From Owenia fusiformis (taxonomy: Eukaryota): a stretch of 64,000 nt of DNA. A program made the translations under genes and the position numbers. Under the pieces are notes generated by a model. That model was not told the DNA's origin. It made no database searches and saw only the letters and a list, made by a program, of their open reading frames with translations. Shown here one piece after another: positions 1-13,122 of this stretch (within the stretch, counting starts at the first letter, position 1; each line of letters opens with the position of its first letter). The stretch covers positions 41,540,001-41,604,000 of the forward strand of contig CAIIXF020000001.1 of NCBI GenBank assembly GCA_903813345.2. Reading direction: 5' to 3'.

Positions 1-2
1 AA

Positions 3-1007
3 GTATGCAAAGAGAATCCATATTTACAACATCTGAAAGTGGACATGAAAAGAAACATTGCAGGACTGGAGATACCATTCATTTGGTGCAGAATCCCCAA
101 AACTGGAACAACTACATTTTATAGGATATTAAAAACTATCAACATGGAATCAGAGGCTAAAATGATCAATCCATATGCTATTAAGGGTTTAGATGCTCGG
201 GTTGATCAAGAGAAATATTTTCAAGAACTGAATACCTCACTTTATAAAGAAATTCAAAATTATACCAAAATTCTGATTACTCGAGATCCAATCTCCCGTC
301 TAATATCAGCATATTTTGACAAATTCTTCAGTATTAAACCTCAGTTTTGGTGTCTTAATCGTGTAAAAGGCTTTCAGATGAACAGAACTCAGGAATCTCC
401 CAGATATTGTCCAGCATGTAATATTACATTTACTGACTTTCTAGGCTTTATTGCGAATGATACCGAGGACTTTGATAACATTCACTGGACCCCTATGTAC
501 AAACTGTGCAACCCATGTGGATTAATACAATATGATATTATTAGTTATTTAGAAACATACAAACAAGATGTGTTATATTTCCTCCATGAAATCAATGCCC
601 ACATTGAAAGTCCTTTCAAGTATATGTCTGATGAAGAAACTGATTTGGATATTATAGCCAGAGAAGTGGACATCTTAACACTTAATGCAAATGAAGCATT
701 TGAAACATGTGGATATACAATGAAATATTTGATAGCTCGTGTGTTCAAGGGTTTAGTATCCAAGGGTGTGATAAGCCAGGATGCCTTACTCCCTTACCTT
801 GGGGAGCCTGATGTATATTACACCAGTGAAAACATAAAACACCTTCTCACCAATGTGTATCTCAGCTATAAAGGATATAAAGTGACACACAAACAACTGA
901 GAAAAAACATGTTAAAAGATATACCTGATAAAATATTAGATAGGATTTTTGACATCTATAAGTATGATTTTGAAATGTTCCAATTTGACACCAGTATTAA
1001 AAAATAA
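3..1007 (+). CDS. Carbohydrate sulfotransferase (Sulfotransfer_2 / CHST8-14-like), 5'-partial terminal exon
   Basis: Frame is open from the window start (VCKENPYLQHLKVD...). 5'-PSB motif WCRIPKTGTTTF, 3'-PB motif RDPISRLISAY, HWxP..LCxPC and C-terminal IYKYDFEMF are typical of the family. Confidence 0.9.
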   Translation, partial: VCKENPYLQHLKVDMKRNIAGLEIPFIWCRIPKTGTTTFYRILKTINMESEAKMINPYAIKGLDARVDQEKYFQELNTSLYKEIQNYTKILITRDPISRLISAYFDKFFSIKPQFWCLNRVKGFQMNRTQESPRYCPACNITFTDFLGFIANDTEDFDNIHWTPMYKLCNPCGLIQYDIISYLETYKQDVLYFLHEINAHIESPFKYMSDEETDLDIIAREVDILTLNANEAFETCGYTMKYLIARVFKGLVSKGVISQDALLPYLGEPDVYYTSENIKHLLTNVYLSYKGYKVTHKQLRKNMLKDIPDKILDRIFDIYKYDFEMFQFDTSIKK

Positions 1008-1030
1008 TAAAAAACAATAGTTTGTATGTA

Positions 1031-1057
1031 CACTCCCCTCCAAAAGCTTAGCAACAC
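1031..1057 (+). mobile_element. Tc1/mariner-type terminal repeat (TA-CACTCCCCTCCAAAAG..GCAAC); opposite-orientation ends of the same family near 15668-15691 and 18440-18462
   Basis: Same ~25-bp motif occurs three times next to TA; no intact transposase is associated. Confidence 0.45.
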
Positions 1058-2074
1058 ATCCTCCCATTTGGAGATTGATGTAAAATTACATCTACGAATC
1101 TTTTCATTGAAAATGTGACTTCTAGGTCAGGGAAACTCCCCATCCTATCTTATAACTAGACATGACATCATTTCAAAATCAGTCATTGGAAAGTATGTTT
1201 CATTCAAGTGGTCATTGTCACACATTTTGTAACGCGATAGCAGAGCATTTTAGTAAGGAAGGATTGTTGGCTTGAAATTAAAAGAACTTGGAATTGAATC
1301 TCAAACTCTAGATCATGTAACCAACCTGTGTAAGGGTTTAGGGAAACATCACTAGTGTATCAAAGTTTTAAGTTTTTCATTACAGGATGAGGGTATTCAT
1401 AATAAATCTTCTTGTGTTCAATCCATCATTGGGTGTTGGGCTTCACTCACCAGCGCTTATGTGCATTTCACACCAAAACACAAACGGTAAGTGAACTCTA
1501 CACAATCTACATGTTCGCAAAAAATAAAATACTGTTTGAAAAATTCTCTAACATCTTTCTCAAAATTTTAAAAGTATAGACTGTGCGCTTGCGGAGCTAT
1601 TCACACACATGGGGTTTGTCTTTAAATGGAACAAGTTTAGTAAATTATTAATTGGAGAGAAATCACAAAGCAAATTGTTGCCCCAAAAGTTGGGGAACAA
1701 GAAATATCGATGACAAAAAGTCTGCAAAAAGTCTTTAAACTCACCAAATTAAATAGTGTCAAGTTAAGCCAAGTCAAGGTATCAAGGGTGCCTTCAATAT
1801 TTGGGATAACCATATTTACTAAAAGAAACTGTATGCCTTGATTGCAAATATATACATGTGTTTGACTGTGGTATGTCAAGACATTCCTCACTTTCTTGTG
1901 CACCATGCCCAAAACATAAGTTTCAGAAATTCTCTCTATGATTTAAACAATTATATCTACAGTATTTTGTTTTAATTTTGATAATATAAAATAAACAAAA
2001 TTTTTGAAAATATAAACATTATTTCTATATTCCATATATCAACATTTGGCATTAGAGGTTCAGCATTCACTATA

Positions 2075-2410
2075 TTGCCATATAAGTTAGCAGACCTCTC
2101 CATATTCCATAAAAGGTAGCAGAACTATAGATGTCATATCATACAAGGATAACTAGTATCTATGTATTTAGAGTAGTAGATCTGTATACCTTACAAGGTA
2201 GAAGATGTCTCTATATATATCTCTATAAGGAAGTAGAAGTCTCAAGTCTATATAAGGTAAGACAATTATTCATGTCATATAATGAGGACTATCTATTTGT
2301 CTGTACAACTTTTAAGTTTGCAGAACTATCCTAATATGTTACCATAAAAGGTAAAATTTTCACACACCACATAAAGTAGTAGAACTATTCATATACCACA
2401 CAAAGTAACA
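2075..2410. repeat. Degenerate minisatellite (core ccatataaggtagtagaactat)
   Basis: Recurrent ataaggtag/tagaactat cores at roughly 30-35 bp spacing. Confidence 0.5.
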
Positions 2411-2899
2411 ATTTAATTGTTATCTGAAGGAATTCTTCTTTGATGTGATAAGATACTTAAATATCATGGTTCCAATATTGTCCACATGGTTCTATTGTTC
2501 AATCTGTGTTCAAGTTCCTATACTTTTAGACTGCTGCTACATACTACTTCACCTGGAAAAATAGATTAAAATATGATCAACATTTACTCTAATATTAACA
2601 GTGTCGGCAACACGCTAATGAAACAATGAAAATGATGAAGTCCTTACATGTACGTATCTGAAAATGACTAAGTTCAGCTGATAAATCATCTTAAATTGTC
2701 TAATTGTCAGCATTTCTGGTTCATGCAAAAAGTTTTAGGCTATGATATTCTGTTTTCCTAGTTATAAGAAATAAGTACTGTGACTGTTGAAATTTTGACA
2801 ATTGAAAAAGCAGAATTCTTATTTAAGATGTTTATATACCAGGGGACATAATGGCTCAGTATATTTGATATTAATGTACATGTATGTCATTTATAAGTA

Positions 2900-3245
2900 T
2901 TATAAATAAGACAGGTCCCATAACTGAGCATTGAGGTACACCATACTCAAATGTACTTTCACTGGATATGTATCAAATTTCTGTAGTTGTAAATTGGTCA
3001 ATTGAGACATTAAGTTGAGTGCTTTTTCCTGAAACCATATTGTTATAAGTCTAAAATTTCATATTTTTCTCTAAATATTGTCACCTTATATTTGCATGGA
3101 CAATTTTTTGAAGCAAATTTGAAAATAGAGATTGGTCTGTGGTTGTTGAATTTATGTTTTAATCCTTTCTGACATATTGGCATTACCCTAGCAATTTTCA
3201 AAGCACCGGGAAAGAAATCAGAAGTAATTGACAAGTTAAATATCT
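2900..3245 (-). mobile_element. Decayed non-LTR (CR1/L2-like) reverse transcriptase relic
   Basis: Minus-strand peptides FPGALKIARVMPI..NHRPISI and YGVPQCSVMGPVLF match the LINE RT motifs FP.LK.A.V.PI, NYRPISL and GVPQGSVLGP; interrupted by stops and deletions. Confidence 0.75.
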
Positions 3246-4459
3246 GAATATATAGCCTCTAAGTTTATTTTCTCAATTATGTACAATATCATACTTTACA
3301 CAATTACATGTGCACTTCTTATATTTCACAAATCATTGTAAATGCCATTATGTGGCACCTAATACTCCCTCTTGGGGGTCATAGCCACTACAACCTGTAT
3401 ATATGTTACATTGATTTTAATAAAAAAAATAAAAATAAAAAAAATAAAAATAAGGAGATGACATTATAATTCATTTAATAATTTCTTTTTATATCCTATG
3501 AATTTTGTTTTGTTTTGTTTTTGTTTTGTTTGTTTTTACATTTACCAGAAATAAGAATCCCAAGAGTAAAAACATATACTTTAAAAAGCTAATCTGATCC
3601 TAGATTGACCCAAAGTGAAGAGATTGAAAGGCTGAGAACTGTGGGTGGGGACTTTAAAGTTATGATAGCTATAGTAACATGATTAATTGCACGAAATTCT
3701 GTTTTGTATTCTATTCTATAACACACTACTATACCTTGCATTAGGTGTTCATGAGCAACCCATTTGGCTTATTAGTAATGATTATGTATTTGTTTTTATT
3801 TGTCTGTTCCTTATGAATGGTTTATCGGTTGAAAATTAGATGCTAGTAAGGCACTTTCAAAAATATATAAAACAATTCAATTAGACAAACAAAGTATCTT
3901 ATGCATTTCTAGGTGTTAGGTATAGTAGTGTGTATAAGTAGACATAAAATTACTTTCATAAAAATGTCGAGAAATTAAATCTCTTTTAAGTAACCTGTGA
4001 ATAAGGTGTTATTCCTAATAGTACACGAAATTCAATAAGGCACACATAGGAGAGAAAGTTTATACATTTCAATAAGTTTACATCATGAGTTCAATATTAG
4101 AATCATCAAATGTGAGTATACACTGTATATCTATTAATAGTTTGTATATTAAATGAAGAGTTAAGAGTATTCCCAACTCTGTTCTGAGTACACATGTTTG
4201 GTGCATAATTATAAATACGAAAAACAGATGAATAGCTTGTAATAAATTAAAACATGATTGAATAATTTTAGAATAGCATATGAACCTTTCATCAGGAATT
4301 TATCACAAGGTGATTCAAATTACCACTTTTATAAATGTAGTCTATCATTTAGTTAATATAGTGTAGTAGTGTCTTGAGTCAAGACAGCCTAGTTTGTACA
4401 TAGACTAATGTGTCATGTTTTGATACAATCGTCAATAAAAGAAATATATATTATTGTAG

Positions 4460-7400
4460 ATGAAGGATATTCCTAAGATGTGGTTGAGGAAGTTTGCAAC
4501 GGTGATGCTGGCATTCGAGAGTGTGAAGAAGGATGGACATATCGGCAATGACTGCGCAATGAATATTGCAGACCGTATTATCAAAATAGGTGACATACAT
4601 ACATTGAATATACAAGTCAGTTTTCATTATTTCTTGTACAGGATGACATTGAGCTCAGGGTGATCATCATGAATTCTGGTTGCAATTCAGGTTGCAATTT
4701 GGGTTGCAATTCTGGTTGGATGTTTCACAATCTTTCTTTCTGCTTCATGGATTTCATGAATTGACCATGTAATTTCTTTTGTCTCAGAATTATTTTAAAA
4801 AGTACCATCTCATTTTCTTGTTGTCACAGATATACTGAGATGCATCCAACCATGCTACATTTAATGAAGTCATGTGAGAAAACATTGCACACACAGGACA
4901 TTTTGAACACCGGACATAATTTAGTGAATTTAGTGTTTAGTGAATTAAATTTTTTCCTTTTTTCAATTTAATTCACTTTTCTAATGTTTTGATCAGTATT
5001 TCTATGGGAAGCAAACCAGTATAATTACAGTTTTGTTTTCTTAAAATAATGGAATTCTGGAGAGCCTTTGGGAAAACATGGGTCTTAAACATAATAAAAT
5101 TTACTCTCTCTACAATCTAACACTAATAAGTTAGTGAATCCAAATGTTGACTTTGTCATTCTTGCTTGAATTGTACTTCAAAAAGTCTGAAAACACAAGA
5201 TATTCATCAAAAGACATTAAAATATAATAAGGCATTAACATGCAAAATGTCACCACCTCGCATTTGTTACAGACACTGACTGTAGAACGCTGTTTCATAT
5301 GCCAAATGCCAAACACCAGCCACAAAAAGAGACTAAACACCAGAATTGGTGACATAAATACAATTATTTCATTATAGGTGATTTAAAAGGAGATTCAGCA
5401 GATAGGGTAATCACGTACTACAAGGTGTTTGCTGAAAGCTTTGGTAATGGTACAGTATGGAGGAAACACTGGGTAGATCACATGATAAGTGTCTGGTCAA
5501 TCCTGAAGAATCCAGAGACTCGTGAAGAATGGATCAAGACTGCAAGGACATCTTTTGGCCAATTTTTCCAGGTGTGTATTCATACAAATATGTAGCCTTA
5601 TAAAAATATTAATACTGAATCATATCTATACAGTGTATATGTATATGTCAGAAAGGGATATGATATGGTAGGTTTTGGATATGGAATCTATCCTGAGAAA
5701 AATAGGGATTAATTTATATAAGGTTCAAGATACAGGGATGATAAAGATATTCTTTAAAAAATGGTTTGTTGTAATTATTAAGAGCAGGGGCGTAGGAAGG
5801 TGTAAATGCAACACTACGCCAAAAATCCCGCCAAAAAAATATGAAACAATTGTGTCAATATTCTATATCAAAACGCCTATTTTATGCTTGTAAAACGTCA
5901 TTTTATGGTAACAGATTTTAAGCTTGCAATGTTTTTCACAACCTAAATGTGAACGGAAATACTTAAGCGATGCATTTATATGGGCGATTGGTCATACGTA
6001 TAGGTTGGCGTTTCGATTTTATATGCAAGCTTTAAATCCCTGATACCTTTTTAATGTGCTTTAAAATGTTCGAATGATTTTCATCATTTAAAATCACCTT
6101 GGAAAGCCTATCTTTTAAATCTCGACACAAATCATTCTCACTTTGCAAATGTCTCGAACGATTGGGACAACCAATTTCCAAAAAACAATTAGAGATTTTT
6201 TAATCATTTTCGAATAATTGAATTAAGATATATAGTATTGTCTGATTCCATCGTGTATCGTGCAATACAATACGTACAGATTAAAGAAACTAGTTTGATC
6301 AATTGATATAAAGAAACGCATTCGTGATCAATAAAACAAATAAACACACCCACCACAAAGGTCAAATCGAGGTCAACGTGACTTAGGGGGTGCCAAAAAT
6401 GTTTTAAAACAAGAATCTATTATTTTTCAAATGAAAAAAAAATAGGTAATCGCTTTTCTAGAACTGAAATCAATGGAACGTGTAATTGAATAATCAGCAT
6501 TTTCACGTTGTTTTTGTCTTTAACATCCATATTTCAAAAAGTACTACCAATAACAATTAGTGATTTAGTAAGAAAATAGATACTTGTTGACTTAACTATA
6601 ATTTCGTGTCTTATGATTTTGCATAGCAACGGAATATAAATCGATAGTGAAATTGAAAAATTTGTGTAGGGGAGAATAAAAAATGTACATCTAAATTTAA
6701 AGAGGTTCATCATTATAATTATATGATACCATAGTTTGCATAAGCATTACGGAAAATGCAGAAAAAATGTCAAAGGTATTCATCAAGTAGTTTTTGAAAA
6801 AAAACTGTTTTCCTCTCAAATTCGTGAAGAGAACGCGATTCACGAATATTTGGCAAAATTGTATTCATAAGACATTCAATAGTGGCTCGATTTTCATGAA
6901 ATAAAGCATGTTGGTAAGAGAATTCAATCTGTTAAATGATATTTTCCAGACAGACCAATAATGATATGGTATCCACAAAACATTTCTTTAGGCTAGTGTG
7001 CTCGAGATTATGAACACTGATGAGAAAATATGACTAAAGAACATAGGAAAATTCTTTTTTATTCTCACTTTTCAACACTACGCACTGGCGTTTTGGCGTA
7101 CATTGTTCCTACGCCACTGAAGAGTTACATATATTATTCATCACAATTATTTATAGCTGTGTGCCATTTTATAACTAGATGCAAGAAGAATGTTTTGTTA
7201 AAAATATTTCACCTTTTCAATTAAAGGCTCTTGATTTCAACGCTGATGGCTTTATTACATTTGATGAGTACTCAATCTTCTGGAAAGCCTATGACCTGGA
7301 TCCACAGTTTGCCAGAACACAGTTTGATTACATGGATACTGACAACGATGAGAAGATTAACCAGGAAGAATTTGTGGAAGCATTCATTGAATATGTCTGC

Positions 7401-7460
7401 AACACTGACAAGGAAGATTCACCAAATCGGTTCTTTGGACCTTTACTTACTAATCTTTAG
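4460..7460 (+). CDS. Sarcoplasmic calcium-binding protein / photoprotein-family EF-hand protein, 185 aa; exons 4460-4589, 5378-5571, 7227-7460
   Basis: GT-AG introns join in frame (phases 1, 0). Canonical EF loops DFNADGFITFDE and DTDNDEKINQEE, N-terminal W.RK and C-terminal FFGPL are characteristic of SCP/aequorin-like proteins. AATAAA near 7577. Confidence 0.85.
5228..5360 (-). mobile_element. Miniature copy of the Helentron-like family at 13123-14678, without the satellite array
   Basis: Shares aaggcattaacatg..aaaatgtcaccacc, ttgttacagac and tggtgacata with the two ends of the large element. Confidence 0.65.
5785..7119. mobile_element. Non-autonomous DNA transposon in intron 2 of the EF-hand gene
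   Basis: Inverted ends CAGGGGCGTAGGAA..TACGCCAAAA / TTTTGGCGTA..TTCCTACGCCACTG; AAGAG duplicated at 5780-5784 and 7120-7124. Confidence 0.8.
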
Positions 7461-8276
7461 TTTGTGGAACTATTGATATTTGATAGTGCATATAGTGAGA
7501 ACTTTGTCACATGAAATCAGACATAACATGTATCAGGAGTTAACAACCTGTACTAATTAAACTAACTTCAATTTGCAATAAAACTGAGCTTTCTTACATT
7601 TAGTTGTTGTGTCCTCGTCGCACATGACATTACAGAGCACATATCTAGGTCTCTTGTGTTTTTTTATTTTTTATATTTTAGTAAACGTTAGCTAGCTTCA
7701 TTGCATGCTTTTAAAGCATGAAGCCATTAAGCTGACTGTTAATGTCTGTTTATGAAAATCACCATTTTATAATTTTATATTGTAGGTGAAGGGGAGGGGG
7801 TTGAGTTAAACCATAATGAAGTTAACTTTATCGTCCACAACTTTAAGACAGTTGGACACCATCCCATGTGCTATAAATCTAAACATTGTCTCAAAGCTTT
7901 TGTTTTTGTGCCATTTTGTGCCTTGAACCCCTGAAGCCTTATTCATAAAGCCAACGTAAATATTTCCATTTACGTCCACGTAACTCAATTGTACGTTGGA
8001 CGTAAAAACATCTCTCCGTCGTATTCATAAACATATGCGGAAATTGGAGATCTACGTTTAACTTTCCGCAAGGACTTACGCAATCGAAATAATATACTAT
8101 ATACTCCCATATCATGTCCCAATTTTGTGATCACGTGCATGTACGTATTTGGATATGATTGCATCGTTCACACACATGTAATTTGGCGCGTTCCTCGTTA
8201 TCACGGTTGCTTCTTGATTATTTATACCCCTATATAAAAGCTTATCGTATTCCTTCCGACTTCATTTTGTCATTCA

Positions 8277-10602
8277 TTAGCTCACATGGTGAGCTTTTGC
8301 AATCACTCACTTGTCCGTCTGTCCGTCCGTCCGTCTGTCCGTCTGTCCGTCAACAATAGTGGCACGTTTTAAAACCTCTGTCGATAGGATTCCTGTTTTA
8401 AGTTATTTCTGTTCAACATCAATACAGAAAACCCCCCTATGACTCCTGGTTCAAAAGCTCGCCTATTTTCAAAATGGCCGTCACTTTTGTCTCGCAAAAT
8501 TCACTTTTAGCCCATTTCCTAGCTAACCTCTGTCGATAGGATTCCTGTTTTAAGTTATTTCTGTTCAACATCAATACAGAAAACCCCCCTATGACTCCTG
8601 GTTCAAAAGCTCGCCTATTTTCAAAATGGCCGTCACTTTTGTCTCGCGAAATTCACTTTTGGCCCATTTCCTAGCTTTACAAATAATTTCAGGTGTCCTA
8701 CATTGTAAAAATCCATGTCAATGTAAAGATTAGATATATGAAATAATTTTGTTACAAAAAATCAGCGAAAAATTGTATCCATTTTTTTATTTTCAGCCAT
8801 TTTAGTTAACATTGATTTGTCTATCTGACTCGCGAAATCCACTTTCTGTCAATAACAGTGGCACGTTTTAAAACCTCTGTCGATAGGATTCCTGTTTTAG
8901 GTTATTTCTGTTCAACATGAATTCAGAAAACTCCCCTATGACTCCTGGTTCAAAAGCTCGCCATTTTCAAAATGGCCGCCATTTTTGTCTGGCGAAATTC
9001 ACTTTTGACCCATTTCCTAGCTTTACAAATAATTTCAAGTGCCCTACATTGTAGAAATCCATTGCAAAGTAAAGAGTAGATGTATGAAATAATTTTGTTA
9101 CGAAAAATCAGCGAAAAATTATATCCATTTATTTATTTTCAGCCATTTTAGTTAACATTGATTTGTCCATCTGTCTCGCAAAATTCACTTTTGGACCATT
9201 TACCTTAAACCCTCTGTCGATAGGATTCCCATTTTAAGTTATTTTCGTTCAACATCAATACAAAAAACTCTCCTATGACTCTTGGTTCAAAAGCTCGGCT
9301 ATTTTCAAAATGGCCGTCACTTTTGTCTCGCGAAATTCACTTTTGACCCATTTTCTAGCTTTACAAATAATTTCAGGTGTCCTACATTGTAAAAATCCAT
9401 GTCAAGGTAAAGGGTAGATATATGAAATAATTTTGTTACAAAAAATCAGCGAAAAATTGTATCCATTTTTTTATTTTCAGCCATTTTAGTTAACATTGAT
9501 TTGTCTATCTGACTCGCAAAATCCACTTTCTGTGGCACGTTTTAAAACCTCTGTCGATAGGATTCCTGTTTTAAGTTATTTCTGTTCAACATCAATTCAG
9601 AAAACTCCCCTATGACTCCTGGTTCAAAAGCTCGCCTATTTTCAAAATGGCCGCCATTTTTGTCTCGCGAAATTCACTTTTGACCCATTTCCCAGCTTTG
9701 CAAATAATTTCAAGTGTCCTACATTGTAAAAATCCATGTCAATGTAAAGAGTAGATGTATGAAATAATTTTGTTACGAAAAATCAGCGAAAAATTATATC
9801 TATTTATTTATTTTCAGCCATTTTGATTGATTTGTCCATCTGTCTCGCAAAATCCACTTTTGGACCATTTACCTTAAACCCTCTGTCGATAGGATTCCAA
9901 TTTAAAGTTAATTTTGTTCAACATCAATACAAAAAACTCTCCTATGACTCTTGGTTCAAAAGCTCGCCTATTTTCAAAATGGTTGCCATTCTTGTTTCGC
10001 GAAATTCACTTTTTGCCAAGTTCCTAGCTTTACAAATAATTTCAGCTGTCCTGCATTGTAAAAAGCCATGTCACTGTAAAAGGTAGTTGTATGAAATAAT
10101 TTTGTTACAAAAAATCGACAAAATATTATATCCGTTTTTTTTATTTTCAGCCATTTTAGTTAACATTGATTTGTCCATCTGTCTCGCAAAATCCTCTTTT
10201 GGACCATTTGCTTAAAACCTCTGTCGATAGGATTCCAGTTTCAAGTTATTTCTGTTCAACATCAATACAAAAAACTCCCCTATGACTCCTGGTTCAAAAG
10301 TTTGCCTGATTTCAAAATGGTCGCCATTTTTGTCTCACGAAATTCAATTTTGGCCCATTTCTTAGCTTTACAAATAATTTCAGGTGTCTTGCATTGCAAA
10401 AAGCCATGTCACTGACTGTAAAGAGTAGTTGTATGAAATAATTTTGTTACAAATTATTGGCAAAAAATTATATCCGTTTTTTTTCAGCCATTTTAATTGA
10501 CTGAGAGACAGATGGCTTGAAATAATTTTGTAACAAAAAATCAGCAAAAAAATATCCGTTTTTTTCTGTTACCATGTGAGCCCAGTACCCATGGTACTAA
10601 TT
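8277..10602 (+). mobile_element. Helentron-associated (HINE/DINE-1/CvA-like) element with an internal ~337-bp tandem array
   Basis: 5' GCTCACATGGT with (GTCC)n microsatellite; 3' inverted ACCATGTGAGC plus hairpin AGTACC-cat-GGTACT; core ctctgtcgataggattcc recurs 7 times, mostly 332-348 bp apart. Confidence 0.85.
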
Positions 10603-10875
10603 TTTGATTTACACAAAGTTACTATTGTTTTTGACGATACCTGAATTAATGGTGGAAGGGCACAGTTCTCACAAAAAAATATTTGTGGAAAAATTCTTTG
10701 CAATAACCAGAAACATATATTCAATTTATATGACCAGTAGGAAAAAATAGTAAATGAAGAGGTGCGATTATTGGCAATTATCCCTATGGTCAAAATGAAT
10801 CATTCTTAGGTGTAACATGAAGAATAGAATGTCATATAATACTTTGGAAAATATTAAAGTGCTCGGGCACACATA

Positions 10876-11951
10876 CAGGGTGTCCGGAAAGTAAAGATAC
10901 AAATGCTCTCATTTCAAGAGATTTACCTGTTATGAGATGAAATTGCTACAGATCGTAGAATGACATTATAAGAATATATCCTACAACTGTCATGACTTTT
11001 AGTTTCAAAATGAAAAAGTTATGGTTGTTATGGTAACGAGAGTCGAGGGTAAGTGGAGCAACGTCACAACTGTGTTCTACAAATCTCTTTCCTTCTCATG
11101 TGATCTTGGCACTCCACCATCTATTCCTATATTATATCAAATTATGTCCCACAACAGCATAAGGATTAGTACTTTAACATTATTTGATCGTTTCATATTA
11201 CTACTATCATTGAATATTCAGTATTTTCCCCATTATCTATACATTCTTGGTGCATCTTGACCGGCGATTCAAAGGCCTGGCAAAACCGCTGCTGTCCATC
11301 TCTTAGATTCCTGATAATATTGGCTTCCAGCTGAGTCTCATTTGTATGTTGAACTTCTTACAAATATTGCTTTCAAATGGTCATTAAAAAGGTAGAAGTC
11401 TAAAGAGGCTTTATCAGGTGAATATGGGGCATTGTATAGAAAGGTTTAATGTCAAGACACTCAATTGTAAGATTTGTTTTTTGCTTTGTGAATTGGTGCA
11501 TTGTGGAGATGCAATATTGACTTTCCTACTATAATGGCCAGGGACCATTCTTCTAGGCACTTGTATAATATTTCTTTCATTATACTGGTTAGTGACATAA
11601 CATAGTTCTGATATGTAGCAATGGCATCATTATATAAAAGAAAACACTGTGGCAGCAATAATACAATGATGAACTAAACAAAACATTGATAGAAAATACA
11701 ACAAAAAACACTGTTTCAAATGGTTGTCTTTCAGCAATTTTTCACTTTTTAGCGTTGTTCTGGAACTGCTCCGCATACCCCTCGTATCCGTAACCATAAC
11801 AACCGTAACTTAAACACATTTAGACTATATGTGATGAAAGTTGGTAGATATATTGTAATATTGTTTCTCTACAATCTGTAGCAATTTTATTTCAAAAAAC
11901 TCAAATTTCTTAAAATAAGAGTATTTGTATCTTTACTTTCCGGACACCCTA
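10876..11951 (-). mobile_element. Decayed mariner element
   Basis: TIR CAGGGTGTCCGGAAAGTAAAGATACAAAT flanked by TA at both ends; minus-strand remnants ILHLHNAPIHKAK and APYSPDKASLDFYLF match mariner HDNAPxH and PYSPDLAPxDF.LF. Confidence 0.9.
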
Positions 11952-12554
11952 TAAGCTGAGATAGGGATCATTTCGTTCAATAAGGTTGTATTGTCTTACA
12001 TGGGGCTATGCACCATTGACTTAACATGAGGATATCAGCAGATCCCAACAGAGGCCATTGGTTTCCATTGATTATCACAGAAATACCAAAAATACACTAT
12101 GACCTGAATCGATTGCAAACTTTATAATTAAACAATATGACACAAATGGTTCATTTCATCAAATGTTCAAATATAAAGTTTACAATCGATTCAGGTCATA
12201 CTTTAAATTAAAAGATTGTACATTTTTCATCATTTTTTACCTACAAAATGGCTATAAAAATGCTTCAAAAACATTTTTTACACTTATCAAATATCATAAA
12301 ACCTTGCAAATCAAAGATTATAATATTATATTTCATTATTTAGTATCATATTTGGATATTATAAGATGTAGGGATGCCTAAGGTGCAAATGGATTTTGAA
12401 AGACACAAAAATACTTCCTGGTTTGAAATCTACACCTCTACACAGGGGAGGGGGATTTCCCAAAGATGACCTTTCATATTGGCACGTTCGAAAACAAATT
12501 TTAAAGACAGGCCTCATTTGCCATTGAACTGAATCTCCCAATGTTCGCGTTAGT

Positions 12555-12780
12555 TTTATGAGTATTCTCTTCAAGTTTGGATCGAGTAACTTCAATAGTA
12601 TTACCGTAGGTTTAAAATGATGATATTGAACTGATAATAACGCCAGTTCCATGATTTCAAATTTTAGGTTCACGTGTTCGCATCCTGCAATTTGATTGGA
12701 GATGATGCGGGAGATGACGTAATGGGGAATCCCCGAGTACGATAGAATATGAAAGAATTATGGGAGCTACTCACTTCTGA
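12555..12780 (+). repeat. Dispersed repeat; second copy at ~29578-30372 is split by a MITE
   Basis: Shared blocks tttatgagtattctct, gagtaacttcaatagtattacc, tgcaatttgattgga, tacgatagaatatgaa and attatgggagct.ctcacttct. Confidence 0.75.
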
Positions 12781-13122
12781 CCTCTACACTTCATGATTAA
12801 ATAATGAGCCTCATAAGTGGCCAATGCATCAATACAGTGCTAAATATAGGTCAGCAAGATACTAGTGTGCATATAAATGTAATTATAAAAGCAGTATACT
12901 CATTTTGAAAAATCAGATGAATTAATTTTTTCCATGGGGAGATCACAATGGCAAGCGCATTACTTCCTTTACACTTCTCTTCAAAAAAAGATTGGCAACC
13001 TCGGGGACTGGGTGGGATTGTCTAATTTTGGGAAGACCCCGGAGCATCATGACATTATGCAAAGAAAAAATATCAATAATTTCGCACAACTTATTTTCCA
13101 ACTTAAAAGCTGCTCCATAGTG

